DNA of 64,000 bases from a virus. Under the pieces are notes generated by a model. That model had not been told where the DNA came from. It was given only the letters and a program-made list of their open reading frames with translations, and searched no databases. A program made the position numbers and the translations under genes. Within the stretch, counting starts at the first letter, position 1. Every line of letters begins with the position of its first letter. The stretch spans positions 652 to 64,651 of the IMG/VR virus record IMGVR_UViG_3300025736_000018. One strand, written 5' to 3'. Of the stretch, positions 49,862 to 62,078 are shown in pieces.

Positions 49862-50203
49862 ATGGAAAAGATTAATAAAATTATGGAACTAGTTAGAGAA
49901 TACGGAGAAGCTTGTAGCAAAGTAACTCAAATGGAATCTAAGAGTAGAAGTAATATTAAAGCTAGTGTTTTAGCTCATCAATACCTAAAACCATATTATA
50001 AATTTGATGAAATTCGTCGCAATCTCGAAGCAGAAATTCCATTTGAGATATCACTTGGCGATCATGTTTTAGTTCCAATGGATGAGGTTTCTTTTCCGCT
50101 ATTTGAAGGTGTAGTACGTGAATTCGGAGTAGCTCCTTCTAGCGCCAATGATAACTATTATGGGAATGATGAAGATCAACCTCTTATTAGAGTATTAGGA
50201 TAA
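49862..50203 (+). CDS. hypothetical protein (VREYGEAC family)
   Basis: ATG after the leader. Confidence 0.5.
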   Translation: MEKINKIMELVREYGEACSKVTQMESKSRSNIKASVLAHQYLKPYYKFDEIRRNLEAEIPFEISLGDHVLVPMDEVSFPLFEGVVREFGVAPSSANDNYYGNDEDQPLIRVLG

Positions 50204-50207
50204 GTTA

Positions 50208-50408
50208 ATGGACTATAACGAAAAACTACTCAAAGCAGTAAAAAACTACGGTTACGCAATGATGGATATGATAGAATTTCAACATACTGGAGATATGAAA
50301 AAAGTAACTTTTCGAGAAAGATTAAGAGAATTTAGACATGACGCTGAAGAAAAATATAATATAGTTACTCAAATAGTACAAGAAGGTGACAATGGACAGT
50401 CTACTTAA
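50208..50408 (+). CDS. hypothetical protein
   Basis: 66-aa ORF. Confidence 0.4.
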   Translation: MDYNEKLLKAVKNYGYAMMDMIEFQHTGDMKKVTFRERLREFRHDAEEKYNIVTQIVQEGDNGQST

Positions 50409-50559
50409 ATTAGTTAAGGAATATGGAGAAGCTTGTGATAGGCTAGCAACAATAGCGGGAAATAAGCATGTTGATTCAAGTGCAGTATATGATGAACTTG
50501 TAATTAAAAACAGAAAATTTGATGAGATTCAAAAAATAATTGAAACAGCTACTAAATGA
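50392..50559 (+). CDS. small protein, paralog of the 49862 product; ends at TGA, or at 50604 if TGA is read through
   Basis: MDSLLKLVKEYGEAC... similar to MELVREYGEAC; TGA at 50557. Confidence 0.35.
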   Translation: MDSLLKLVKEYGEACDRLATIAGNKHVDSSAVYDELVIKNRKFDEIQKIIETATK

Positions 50560-50597
50560 AATATAATTGCTACAAAGCGAATTAAAGAGTGTAAACA

Positions 50598-50819
50598 ATG
50601 GTAAGTAAAATTAAACAAATACTTGAAATGATTGAAGAGCATGCTAAATTTTCTATGATGGCTGATTATGAAGCAATTAAAAAGCCTAGTGAATTAGACA
50701 TGGAAGCATATCGTAAGTTTACAGAAGATAAAGATAATAAGCTTGACGAGATTCGACATTTTCTTGAATTTGAATTTTGTTTAGCTGATAAAGCGGATGA
50801 TATAATTGAAGAATGGTAA
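50598..50819 (+). CDS. hypothetical protein
   Basis: 73-aa ORF with AAAGAG RBS. Confidence 0.45.
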   Translation: MVSKIKQILEMIEEHAKFSMMADYEAIKKPSELDMEAYRKFTEDKDNKLDEIRHFLEFEFCLADKADDIIEEW

Positions 50820-51235
50820 AAATACTAATAACAGGGAACTCGATATTCCAAAGTAATAATTTAATAAAGGACTTCATCTTTGAATTATCAAAGAGATATA
50901 ATAAAGATGAAGTCGTCATTGCTACGTTTGCAAGTGATTATGGTGTTGAGAAGTTTGTAAGAAAATACGCTTTAGAATTTAATGTCAATTATGGAGAATT
51001 TAACCCATACCATTGTGAACAAAAAATGTATGAAATAATGCCAGCACATCTATTCAATAAAAAATATCATAAACGCAATTTTGTAATAAGAGATTCTTTT
51101 GCTATTAAATGGGCAACAATGTTAATATTTTGCTTAGGACAATCAAACGGTAATTATATAATAAATGAAGCAAATCAAAAAAAAATAAATCTTGCTAAAA
51201 AGCATAATAAAATAATAAAATATATTAAGGAGTAG
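50813..51235 (+). CDS. hypothetical protein
   Basis: 140-aa ORF. Confidence 0.45.
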   Translation: MVKILITGNSIFQSNNLIKDFIFELSKRYNKDEVVIATFASDYGVEKFVRKYALEFNVNYGEFNPYHCEQKMYEIMPAHLFNKKYHKRNFVIRDSFAIKWATMLIFCLGQSNGNYIINEANQKKINLAKKHNKIIKYIKE

Positions 51236-51537
51236 TGTGTATGATGCATTTAATTTGTGAAAACAGTAATCAAATTCATGCGGTTTTGTACTTACCGGAT
51301 GAAGAACAGTTGATAGTACAATTTAAGTCAGGGAGCTCGTTTTATGTATATAAGGGTGTAACCTTAGACATATTTGAAGAGTTCAAAGTGGCAGAAAGTC
51401 ACGGTAGTTATTTAGCTAGAAACATCAAAGGTCGTTACATTTTTGAAAAAGGACTTAGTGTAAGTCAACATAATGAGTGGAAAAAAGTTTTTTGGACAAA
51501 GACTGAACAATCAATAGTAGTAGAAGAAGAGAAATAG
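51235..51537 (+). CDS. hypothetical protein
   Basis: 100-aa ORF. Confidence 0.45.
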   Translation: MCMMHLICENSNQIHAVLYLPDEEQLIVQFKSGSSFYVYKGVTLDIFEEFKVAESHGSYLARNIKGRYIFEKGLSVSQHNEWKKVFWTKTEQSIVVEEEK

Positions 51538-51552
51538 AAACAGGAGAGTTGA

Positions 51553-51783
51553 ATGAAAAGGTATTACGAAATTAAAGTTGTAGAAACAATTGAAATTGAT
51601 CTGCCTAAAGGTGGAGTCAAAGAAAAGGAAATAACAAGTAAACATTTAATGGAAGCAGATTCAATTGTTGAAGCAATTGTAAAGGTATATGAAGGAATAT
51701 ATCATAATGCTACTGATGTTCGAGTTATATCCGCCAACGAAAAGCATTATGCTGAAGTTACATTAAAAAAGGAAACAGAATAA
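51553..51783 (+). CDS. hypothetical protein
   Basis: 76-aa ORF. Confidence 0.45.
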   Translation: MKRYYEIKVVETIEIDLPKGGVKEKEITSKHLMEADSIVEAIVKVYEGIYHNATDVRVISANEKHYAEVTLKKETE

Positions 51784-51812
51784 CACACAAGGTTATTAAT
51801 TTTAAAAAAAGA

Positions 51813-53321
51813 ATGATTAATGAAGAGGACAAGAACGTAAAGAGTCAAAAAAAATGAGCAATTGGAGATATTAGAAACGGATATCCGGTATTGCCATTAG
51901 AAGAAAGAAAAACAATTCTCTTGCTTAGTGACGATGCTAGAATGCATTCCGGCGTCGGGACTATGTCAAGAGAAATTGTTTTGGGCACCTGTCACTATTT
52001 TAATTGAGTTCAAATAGCTGGAGCAATTAAAAATCCAGATATAGGTAAAATAGTAGAGCTTTCGCAATCAACAGTAGATGCAACTGGCGTACCGGATGCT
52101 CAATTTAAATTATATCCAGTAAACGGATATGGTAATCCAAACGTATTAAGGATGGTATTAGCAAATGAACCTCAAGTTAACGGATTATTACATTTTACAG
52201 ATCCAAGATTCTGAGGTTGGCTATATCAAATGGAAAATGAAATTAGACAATCAATTCCAATAATGTATTGAGCTTTGTGAGACAATCTACCATACCCAAA
52301 ATGAAATAGAGATTTTTATAGAAGTTGTGATTTAATAATGAGTATTTCTAAACAATCAAAAAATATACATGATGTTGTATTAAAAGGTTATGCAAAAAAA
52401 GAAAATATTGAGGTTACATATGTGCCGCATGGCATAAATCCTAATGTTTTCTTTCCTATTGAAAATAAAGAGAATGATGTTGAGTATTCCAATTTTAAAA
52501 ATACAGTTCTAAATAGAGAAGAATATGATTTCATTATTCTTTATAATAATAGAAACCTCGGTAGAAAACGTACAGCTGATATTATGACTGCATTTCAATC
52601 CTTTAGTGAGAAGGTAGGTAATAAGAAAAAGCCTTTGCTACTAATGCGTACAGATATTAGTGATGATGGAGGTACAAATCTTCATGCAGTATATAGAGAC
52701 CTAATGCCCGAGATTAATGTAAAGTTTATACCAAGTAAAATATCACCTAGTCAAATGAACTATTTATATAACATGTCAGATTTAACAATTAATGTCTCTT
52801 CAGCTGAAGGATTTGGATTAGCTTCTGCAGAATCTATAATGGCAGGTACTCCGATATTAGTTAATTGTACCGGTGGGCTTCAAGATCAATTAAGAATGGT
52901 CAATGATGATCATTCACCAGTAGAATTTACAGAAGATTTTCCGAGTAACTCTTGTGGAGTACATAGAATTCATGGTCCATGAGCATTTGTAGTTTGACCT
53001 CAACAAAATCTGATAGGCTCTCCGCCAACTCCATATATCTATGATGATAGAGCAAGCATTAATGATATTACAGAAAAGATGTATGAAGCGTTTAGCTTAT
53101 CTAAAAAGAATATGAATGATAGAGCAGTGAAAGGACGTAAGTGAATATTAAATAATCTATCATCTCCCATTATGTGTGAAAAAATGACGAAAGATATTTC
53201 CAAATGTGTATATAGTTTCAAAGGTAGAAAGCATTTTGATATTTTTAAAATAGAAAGCAATGAGAAAGATGATAATACACTTGCTGGAATATGAGATGAA
53301 ACAATTAAAAAGTGATTATAG
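51813..53321 (+). CDS. glycosyltransferase, GT-B fold (GT4-like), about 11 in-frame TGA
   Basis: 502-aa frame from ATG 51813 to TAG 53319-53321; MNYLYNMSDLTINVSSAEGFGLASAESIMAGTPIL matches the GT4 C-terminal motif. Confidence 0.7.
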
Positions 53322-53331
53322 GTTTTAAAAA

Positions 53332-54981
53332 ATGAACTATAGAAACAATTCAACAAATATAACAAAAGTACTTTATGGGCCTGATTTGACAAAAGAATTA
53401 CAATCAGGAATTGAAAAGCTCGCAACAATAATTGCATCAACACTCGGTCCTAGGGGAAAAAATGTAATTATAAATAATAAGAAGAATAATATCCCTTTCA
53501 TTACAAACGATGGAGCTACCATAGCAAAGAGTATCTGTCTTGATAATGATTATGAAAATGCAGCAGTACAGCTCTTGAAACAAGCAGCATTAAAAACTGA
53601 GTCTGATGCTGGTGATGGAACAAGTACTGCTATTGTTTTGGCTAATGCAATTATAATGAATACAAGAACTGCAATGGAAGAGTATCCAAATCTTAATGTT
53701 AATAAGCTAAAAAGAGATCTTGATTATTGATTAGAAATTGCATTAGGATATATTGACAAGCAATCATTTGAGCTAAAAACAATTGATGAAGTAAGACATA
53801 TAGCTACAATATCAGCAAACAATGATGAGAGTATAGGAAACATTATAGCTGAAGCAATTGAGCTGGTTGGTAATGATGGAATAATTAACGTAGAGGAATC
53901 TCAAACAGGACTTACAGAAGTCATTAAAGTAGTTGGAATGGAAATTAAAAAGCCAATTATATCACCATATTTCATCAACAATCAACAAAAAGGAAATACC
54001 GATTTTAACGAAGAAACATATATATTAATTATAGATGATAAAGTATATCAACTAAGTAAACTATTACCAGCTCTTCAAGCTGCAACTAAAAGTAATAAAC
54101 CTATATTGATTATAGCTGAAAATATTGAAGGCGAAGCTCTTAGTGGACTAGTTGTTAATGCAGTTAAAGGTAACTTAAAAGTTTGTGCAATAGAAGCTCC
54201 TCATTTTGGTGACGAGCGTAGAAAAGCGCTTGAGGATATAGCCAAATTTACAGGTGCAACAATTTTGAGCAGTAAATATGGACCTCACACATTAGATAAT
54301 TTTGAGAATAAATTTCTCGGTGTAGCAAAGAGAGTTACTGCCGGATCGAGCTGTGTTATTCAAGAAGGTAAAGGTACAGGGTTAGAAGCTTATAAAGAAG
54401 GATTAAAACATCAGCTTAAAGATGAAGATAATAAACTTGCACTTAGAGACAAAGAAATATTAAATATTAGATTAGCTAACTTATCAGCAAACGTTGCAGT
54501 ATTAAAAGTTGGAGCTAGTACTGATGCTGAATTAATTGAAAAAAAAATGAGAATTGATGATGCAATTAGAGCTACTAAATGTGCTATAGAAGAGGGAATA
54601 ATTACAGGTGGAGGAATGTCCTTTTATAAAACATCATTAATATTAGGAAGAGAGTGAGATAAAAATTGAAGTGATGAGACAAGTGTCGCTAAAGCAATAT
54701 TGCAGAAATCATTACAAAGTCCACTACAAACAATAATTCAAAATTACGGTGGCGATGAAAATGAAATATTAATTAAGATTTTTAATGAAGATACTCCAAA
54801 CGTAACATTTAATGCTAATGATGGAAAAATAGTCAACGCATTTGAACACGGTATTATTGATCCAGTGAAAGTAGTTAAGAGCGCTTTAACAAATGCAGTA
54901 AGTATTGCAGGAATGATAATTACAACAACTGCAGCAATAATATATGATAAGGAAAAAAATAATGAATACATCAGTTACTAA
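53332..54981 (+). CDS. groL: GroEL-like chaperonin (three in-frame TGA)
   Basis: DAGDGTSTAIVLA, equatorial ATP-site GGG, C-terminus IDPVKVVKSALTNAVSIAGMIITT; the 53332, 53938 and 54700 ORFs share one frame. Confidence 0.8.
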
Positions 54982-56275
54982 GAAAAAAGAAGAAAAAGAG
55001 AAAGACAAAACATTTTGCTTACTTCATGGACCATTTAACACAGTTTCTGGTTACGGAGCACATGCAAGAGATATTGCAAGAGCAATAATTAAAAAATACC
55101 CCGATTGAGATATTAGATTATTTGACTGTCCATGAGGAAACACCCCAAGAAACTATTTAATGAAGTGAAGAGACGATGATTTAATAAATAGATTATTACA
55201 TGACGGGAAATTACCGCGAAAACCAGAAATATATATTCCAGTACTAATACCTCCTGAATTTAATCCAATAGGAAAATTTAATATTGGTATTACAGCCGGG
55301 ATAGAGACGACATTATGTCATCATTCATGATTAGAAGGTATAAATAGAATGAATTTAAATATTGTACCATCTAAGCATGCTAAAGACGTATTTGAAAAGT
55401 CTAATTACAGCAAGAGAAACAAAGGTAATAATGAAGTCATCGGACAATTAAAATCTGAAAAGTCTATTGAAGTTTTATTTGAAGGTGTAGATACGGAAAT
55501 GTTTCATAAAACGGATATGATTTCTAAAGAGGTCGCTGATTGTATGGATCAAGTTGAAGAGTCATTTGCATTCTTATTTGTAGGGCATTGATTAGACGGA
55601 GCATTTACTCATGATAGAAAAGATATTGGTGGATTAATAGAAACGTTTATCAATACATTTAAAAACAAACAAGTAAAGCCAGCATTAGTCCTAAAGACTA
55701 GTGGTGCGACATTTTCAATTATTGATAGAGAAAATATAATGGAAAAGATAAAGCAAATAAGGCATGATGATACTATGCCAAATATATATCTTATTCATGG
55801 TGATATGTCAGACAAGGATATTAATGGACTATACAATCATCCAAAAATTAAAGCTATGATATCATTAACGCACGGAGAGGGATATGGAAGACCATTAGCT
55901 GAATTTGCCGCTTGTGGTAAGCCAATTATTGCAACAAACTGATCTGGACATATAGATTTTCTTCATCCTAATTATTCAGTATTAATAAGTGGTGAATTAA
56001 GAAATGTACATAAGTCTGCAGCTAGAGAAGGTATGATACTTGAAAATAGTCAATGATTTTATGCAAACTATGCGAAAGTAAAAGAAGCATTATTAGATGT
56101 ATATAAGAATTATGGAAAACACAAAAAGAAAGCTGTCAAGCAAGCTGATATAATTAATAAGCATTATACATTGGATGCTATGGCAGATAAGCTATTTGAA
56201 ATATTTGAAAAGTATCTACCTGTATTTCCAAAAGAAATTCAATTAGCATTACCAAAATTAAAGAAGGTCGAGTAA
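54962..56275 (+). CDS. glycosyltransferase, GT-B fold (six in-frame TGA)
   Basis: SLTHGEGYGRPLAEFAACGKPIIATNW(TGA)SGHIDFL matches the GT1/GT4 nucleotide-sugar motif; start overlaps the GroEL end. Confidence 0.65.
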
Positions 56276-56881
56276 ATGAAAAAAGAAGAAGAGAAGACTA
56301 GTAGAAGTCTTAGTGATTTAAATAGTAAAATAATTAAAGTAGTTGAACCAAATGTAATATTTTTTTATGCTGAACGTTTAGACTATGAAAGTTCATTAGA
56401 GCTTAATGCAGCTATATGTGAGGTAACAAATTATGTTGAAAAGACAAACAAAACACAAACAAATCTAGAAAATTATACTGACCACATTGACTTACATATT
56501 TTTTGTCCAGGTGGACTAGTCTCTGCTGCATTTAGTAGCGCAAATATAATTAAAAGTAACTCGATAAATATTCATACATATATTGACGGATATGCAGCAT
56601 CTGGTGGAACAATAATTAGTATGGCTGGACATAAGAGATATATGTATAAAAAATCAGTTGCGCTAATTCATGAACCTTTTGGTGGGTTCATTGGAAAAGC
56701 TTCTGATTTTGCAATTGAAAAAGAAAATGCTGATTTAGAATTTGCTAGAGTATTAAATTATTACTCAGAAATTATGGATATTTCGAAAGATGCCATTTCT
56801 GAATTATTGAAAGAGGAGAGATTATTAAACGCAACACTTTGTCTCAAGTATGGAATTGTTGATAAAGTATTACAAAATTAA
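56276..56881 (+). CDS. ClpP-like serine protease (S14 family), candidate prohead protease
   Basis: FCPGGLVSAA (oxyanion loop), GYAASGG (Ser), ALIHEP (His). Confidence 0.7.
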   Translation: MKKEEEKTSRSLSDLNSKIIKVVEPNVIFFYAERLDYESSLELNAAICEVTNYVEKTNKTQTNLENYTDHIDLHIFCPGGLVSAAFSSANIIKSNSINIHTYIDGYAASGGTIISMAGHKRYMYKKSVALIHEPFGGFIGKASDFAIEKENADLEFARVLNYYSEIMDISKDAISELLKEERLLNATLCLKYGIVDKVLQN

Positions 56882-56903
56882 AAAAAGAGAATTAAAAAAG
56901 AAA

Positions 56904-57617
56904 ATGCAAAAACAACAGACGAAAGAGCAGTTAGAGAAAATATTTAAAGACAGAAAGTTCAACGTAGAAATTAAAGAATTTGAATCATCAGCAGAGGACG
57001 GTCTCAAATTTGTAGAAAAACGAGATGATATTGAGGATAGCTCAAAAGATATCCAGCTCGATGAATTATATGAAAATGAAGATGTGACTCCAGCAAACAT
57101 TCAAGCACAGCTTGATAACTATGAAGAAATGGAAGAGTTTCCTTCAACAGTAAAAAGAATTCAATGTCCGAGATGTAGTTCAATGAACTGTTTCGAAGAA
57201 GAATTCCCAGAATTATCAGATGGAACAAAAATGAATGGATATTTATGTAAGAATTGCGGTTATGTTTCCAATAGTGAATTTAAACACGACAGTATTTATT
57301 ACACAAATGCAATTAATAGACTTCCTACTATGGTAAAGAATCTAGAATTCTATGATGAAAAAAGAGAAATCTATTGGTTTCTTGCAATAGTGCAAACCGA
57401 CAATGGTTATGTATTTCCAGAACCTGATGAAAAAGATTGACATTGAACATATTGACCAACTATATTTATTCCGGAAGAAGAAAAAGAAAACTATCCAATA
57501 AAAGTGGACGGAGAAACTATAGGCTATTACGAACATAGATATGATATCGATAAAGCTCAACAATTTGATAAGACAGACTTCTATAAAGCACTTAGAGCTG
57601 TTGGACTAGAAGAGTAA
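56904..57617 (+). CDS. acidic Zn-ribbon protein, possible scaffold (three in-frame TGA)
   Basis: CPRCSS...CKNCG; sits after the ClpP-like protease. Confidence 0.4.
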
Positions 57618-57626
57618 AATTAAACT

Positions 57627-58133
57627 ATGTCATCAAATTTTGCAAAGAAAAAAAAGAAGAAGAAAACCAGTACTAAAGATTTTTCTAGACAACATGAAAA
57701 AAATATTGAAAAGAAAATAAAAACTACACTTGGTAAGCTAACTCCTGGTATGATTGCAAGATTTAATTATAGGGGTAAGGATGTACATGAGCCTCGCCCC
57801 TTAGTACTTATTTTAAATCCAAGATGAAAGAATCATTGTCATGCGATTGCATTACGTGTGCTAACTGAAGCAGAATTAATGCAATTAGCTAAAATGGTTA
57901 AACTTAGTGTTGGACAAAAAATAGCAAAAAAAGTTAAATTCTTACGATTAGGAACAAAGGCAGATATTGGAAACCCAGAAAGATTTTACAAACAAAAAAT
58001 AAAGCCTTATATGAGAAGAATAGATGAAAACGCATATCGTACATATAATACTCGCGGAATATCTAATGTTAATATTATTGATTATAGGTTTAAAGATATG
58101 GATCTAAGAACTTCAAAAAAGATTAAGAAATAA
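57627..58133 (+). CDS. basic hypothetical protein (one in-frame TGA)
   Basis: the 57627 and 57858 ORFs are in frame across one TGA. Confidence 0.45.
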
Positions 58134-58161
58134 ATTACTATTTTTAAAGGAAAGCTTATAT

Positions 58162-58402
58162 TATGATTAATACAATAGAAAAAATGGGGATCTTTTTAAC
58201 CAAGAAAAGATTTGTTAAAGCAACACAGCTTGATGAAATGGAAGAGATTATTGATAAAAACGGTGAGAAGTTTGTAGGCTTGCCAGGCGATTGAAAAATA
58301 ATTGATGAAAGCGGATACATATACTTCATAAGTAAATGAAAATTTAAAGAGTTGTATCAACCATATAATGATGCTGCATTTGATATGTATATAAAGTTAT
58401 AA
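58162..58402 (+). CDS. small protein with apparent +1 frameshift at AAAAAC-C-GGT (58255-58262)
   Basis: frame 0 MINTIEKMGIF...IIDKN then frame +1 GEKFVGLPGDW(TGA)KIIDESGYIYFISKW(TGA)KF...MYIKL*. Confidence 0.35.
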
Positions 58403-58414
58403 AAAGAGAATTAA

Positions 58415-58613
58415 ATGAAATTAATATGTGAGATCAAAGCAGTAAGTGATGCTTATAGAACAAGAGAAGAGTGTGGCTGAAGAGCAGGCAACGTGCAGAT
58501 TGGCGATGAGATAAGTAAAGTCATTGAAATATCAGATTCTGTAGTACGAGATACTCTACTTGTTGAATCTATAAAAAAAGAATTAATAGAGTTTATACAA
58601 AATTTAAATTAAA
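58415..58613 (+). CDS. small protein with apparent +1 frameshift at CTT-T-GTT (58559-58565)
   Basis: MKLICEIKAVSD...RDTLL then frame +1 VESIKKELIEFIQNLN*. Confidence 0.35.
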
Positions 58614-58631
58614 AAGAAGGAAGAAAAGAAG

Positions 58632-58847
58632 ATGAGAGTAAAATTTAATTATGAAGTTAACGAAATATTTCATGAAATTGAAATTGAAGCATGTAAAATT
58701 GAAGAAATAAAAAGCTTATTAGGTATTGTAATGTCTATAATTAATAATGAGTCAATGAAAGAAGTTCATATAGATCCGCTAGAAGACGAAGACGAAGGCG
58801 AAGGTGCTGCAGTTGATGAATTACCAACGACAGTGAAATGGAGATAA
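58632..58847 (+). CDS. hypothetical acidic protein
   Basis: 71-aa ORF. Confidence 0.45.
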   Translation: MRVKFNYEVNEIFHEIEIEACKIEEIKSLLGIVMSIINNESMKEVHIDPLEDEDEGEGAAVDELPTTVKWR

Positions 58848-58852
58848 ATAAA

Positions 58853-59170
58853 ATGAAAGTAGAAATTGAAGCTGATGATTATAATGCATTTAGAATCGCT
58901 TTGGAAGCTGCTGTAGAATTGATTAAGACAAAAAATCTTAAAAATACAGAAACGCATATACATTATCATTATAGCTATACATTTCCTAATTTTTGAGATA
59001 AGCCTGGTATCCCATTCTGGAGAGAATCCTTGTGGAATCCAGATTATCTAGATCAAATAACGTCAATATCTTGTGATGGAAGTGATTCAACTTATACATT
59101 TTCATCAACTTCAGATGAGCCAACTCATATTGATGGCATCAACTTTGACGGACCAATGAGTATATTTTAA
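58853..59170 (+). CDS. hypothetical protein (three in-frame TGA)
   Basis: 105 aa continuous: ...TFPNFW(TGA)DKPGIPFW(TGA)RESLW(TGA)NPDYL. Confidence 0.4.
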
Positions 59171-59192
59171 TAAAAAAGCTTAGGAGGAGTTT

Positions 59193-59858
59193 ATGATAAG
59201 TATTAGCTACGCGATTACCGTTTGTAACGAAGCTGAACAATTAGCTGAATTACTTGATAAGCTATTAGAAAAAATTGATATAAATGATGAGATAGTTATT
59301 CTTCATGATGAAGAAAATACAACACAAGAAGTTATAGAAGTTTGTAGAAATTATCAATATCAGTTTGGCAAGGGAATGGTACAAGGATTTTCACACAAGT
59401 TAAATAATGATTTTGCAGCACACAAAAATTTTCTAAATCAATGTTGCACGAAAGACTTCATCTTTCAAATAGACGCTGATGAAACTCCTAATTGTGCTTT
59501 ACTTAATAGTATTAAAGGAATAATTAATGAAAACCCCACTGTAGAGTTATATTATATACCTCGCATAAATACTGTTAGTAATATTACAGATGATCATATT
59601 AAGAAGTGGGGATGGAAAGTAAATGAGTACGGGTGGATAAATTTTCCAGATCATCAGAGTAGAATATATAAAAGAGATAATGAAAGAATATTTTGGGTAA
59701 ATCCAGTACATGAACGAATAATAGGTCACGAGCAGTTTGCACTACTTCCAGGACAACCGGAATATTGTCTATATCATAGAAAAGATATAAAGAAGCAAGA
59801 AGATCAAAACAAGTTTTATAATCAAATAATGAAAGGGCGTATAACGTTTACAAGGTAG
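59193..59858 (+). CDS. glycosyltransferase family 2 (GT-A fold)
   Basis: N-terminus ISISYAITVCNEAEQL and the DxD motif FQIDADE. Confidence 0.65.
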   Translation: MISISYAITVCNEAEQLAELLDKLLEKIDINDEIVILHDEENTTQEVIEVCRNYQYQFGKGMVQGFSHKLNNDFAAHKNFLNQCCTKDFIFQIDADETPNCALLNSIKGIINENPTVELYYIPRINTVSNITDDHIKKWGWKVNEYGWINFPDHQSRIYKRDNERIFWVNPVHERIIGHEQFALLPGQPEYCLYHRKDIKKQEDQNKFYNQIMKGRITFTR

Positions 59859-59864
59859 AGATAA

Positions 59865-61163
59865 GTGAAGAGAAAAGAAGCAATAGAACAATTTGTAAGT
59901 AACTTTAAAGAAATATATGGAATTAATAATTTTTGCCATAACGACAAAGACCCAAAGAAGGTATACTACTCAGGCCCTGTATTTGGAGAAGAAGAAACAG
60001 TTGCAATGATTGAAAGTATTCTGACTAGTAAATGACTTTCTGCTGGAGCTGCAGTAAATCAATTTGAGCATATGTTAGCTAAAAAGTATAATCAGAAATA
60101 CTCAATTATGTTAAATTCTGGAAGCTCAGCAAATCTGGTATTAATTAACGCATTAAAAATACTTTTTAAATGAGATAATAATAGCGAAATAATTCTATCA
60201 GTTGTGGGATTTCCAACTACATTAGCTCCAATAATTCAAAATAATCTTAAGCCAGTTTTTATTGATATTGAAATGGACACTCTTAATTTTGACATATCAC
60301 TTATTGAAAAAAAGATAAACAAAAATACAAAAGCAATAGTTATATCACCAGTTCTCGGTAATCCTCCAAACATGGATGAAATAACAAAAATAGCAACAGA
60401 ATATAATCTACATATTATATTAGACAACTGCGATTCGTTAGGTAGTAGATGAGACGATAAATATTTATCAGATTATGCAATTGCTAGTTCATATTCATTT
60501 TATCCAGCTCATCATATTACAACAGGAGAAGGTGGAGCAATAACAACAAACAATCAAGAACTAATTAAAATAGCAAGAAGTCTAATTAATTGAGGTAGAG
60601 CTTGTACATGCATTGGTGAAGAAAATTTAGGTAAAGACGGTTCGTGTGGTAAAAGGTTTTCAAAATGACTAGATGGATACGATAAAATAGTTGACCATCG
60701 TTATGTGTTTTCTAATATTGGATATAATCTTAAGCCGCTCAATTTGCAAGGAGCGATAGGTATTGAGCAACTCAAAAAGGTTGATGATTTTTTTATAAAG
60801 AGAAGAATTGCGAAATTTATAATAGGAAGATTATTTACTGATAATATTTATGGAGTGAGAATACCTGAAGAGAACAGAGAAGCGTACATAAGTTGGTTTG
60901 GTACTCCTGTTATATGTGATAATAATGAAATAAAAACTAAGTTAGTTCAACATTTAGAAAATAATGACATTCAAACGAGAAATTATTTTGCTGGAAACAT
61001 ATTAATACATCCAGGATTTAAACATCTAGGAAATTATAATGATTATCCAATAGCAAATGAAGTGCTAGATAGGGTATTTTTTGTTGGTGCAAGTCCTCAA
61101 TATGACAGCAACACTTTTCAGCATATTAAAAGAGTATTGAAGGCGTTTAAAAATGGTAATTAA
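59865..61163 (+). CDS. DegT/DnrJ/EryC1-family PLP enzyme, ColD/E1-like sugar 3-dehydratase (five in-frame TGA; GTG start)
   Basis: YYSGPVFGEEE...SKW(TGA)LSAG...NSGSSANLVLINAL; PLP-Lys position is His in SFYPAHHITTGEGG, as in ColD (SFYYSHH). Confidence 0.65.
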
Positions 61164-61239
61164 AGCAATATGTCACTACATGCCTTGAGATTTAGATTTA
61201 GCAATACTTAATGTTAATACAATAAAAAAATCAAGCTAT

Positions 61240-62055
61240 ATGCTACAAGATGGTGATAAGCTAATTGTAGCACTTACATTAAATTTATCAAGTTATATAG
61301 TTGATTGGTATAAATCTGAAATTTCTATAGATCTTTTAAAAGACAAGTTTCAAAGATTGTCACATATTATTGGAAATACTTCAAAAATAAGCTATCAGCT
61401 AAAAGTATTTTTAGGAGATGCTCTTTACGGACATCTTGACTCTCAAAGAGAGTCAATAAAAGAAGATAACGTTGATGGTTATATTCAATATTGCCCAGAT
61501 ATATATTTCAGTGAAACACTAATTCCTTTATATTTTCAAGCTGCCAAAATGATTAAAGAAAAATATTTCGTTGTTGCAGCACAGACTCCTAAACTATGAG
61601 ACAACACATGAGACGTACTACTTAATAGTAGATATAAAGATATGAATTTTAAAAATATGCAATATCAAAATATTAATATATATGATATTAATAATGATAT
61701 ATCACAGAATCAAAATTGAGGAAGACTTATACTTTTGCCAACAATTAAGTTTGCTGGATGAATGGATTATTACAGTAAAGGCTTTGCAGAACAATTATTT
61801 CCTGTACCTGATGATTGACACGGATATGGCTCTTGAGACTTATATTGTATAATACTTGGTAATGATCTAATACGTAAAGGATTTCCGCTTAAACAATATG
61901 TTATAGAAAATCAAATAATTTCACAACGATATTTATTTGATGGAGAGAACGTACATAATAATACACTAACAATGCCGTATCGAGAATTAATTTGTAGAAA
62001 GAATATTCCTGATCAAAGAGAAGTATTTGAATCAACATTACAACAAAAACTTAAT
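61240..62055 (+). CDS. hypothetical protein (six in-frame TGA)
   Basis: 271-aa continuous frame checked codon by codon; stop TAA 62053-62055. Confidence 0.45.
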
Positions 62056-62078
62056 GAGTGAAAAGCTTATGCAATAAA

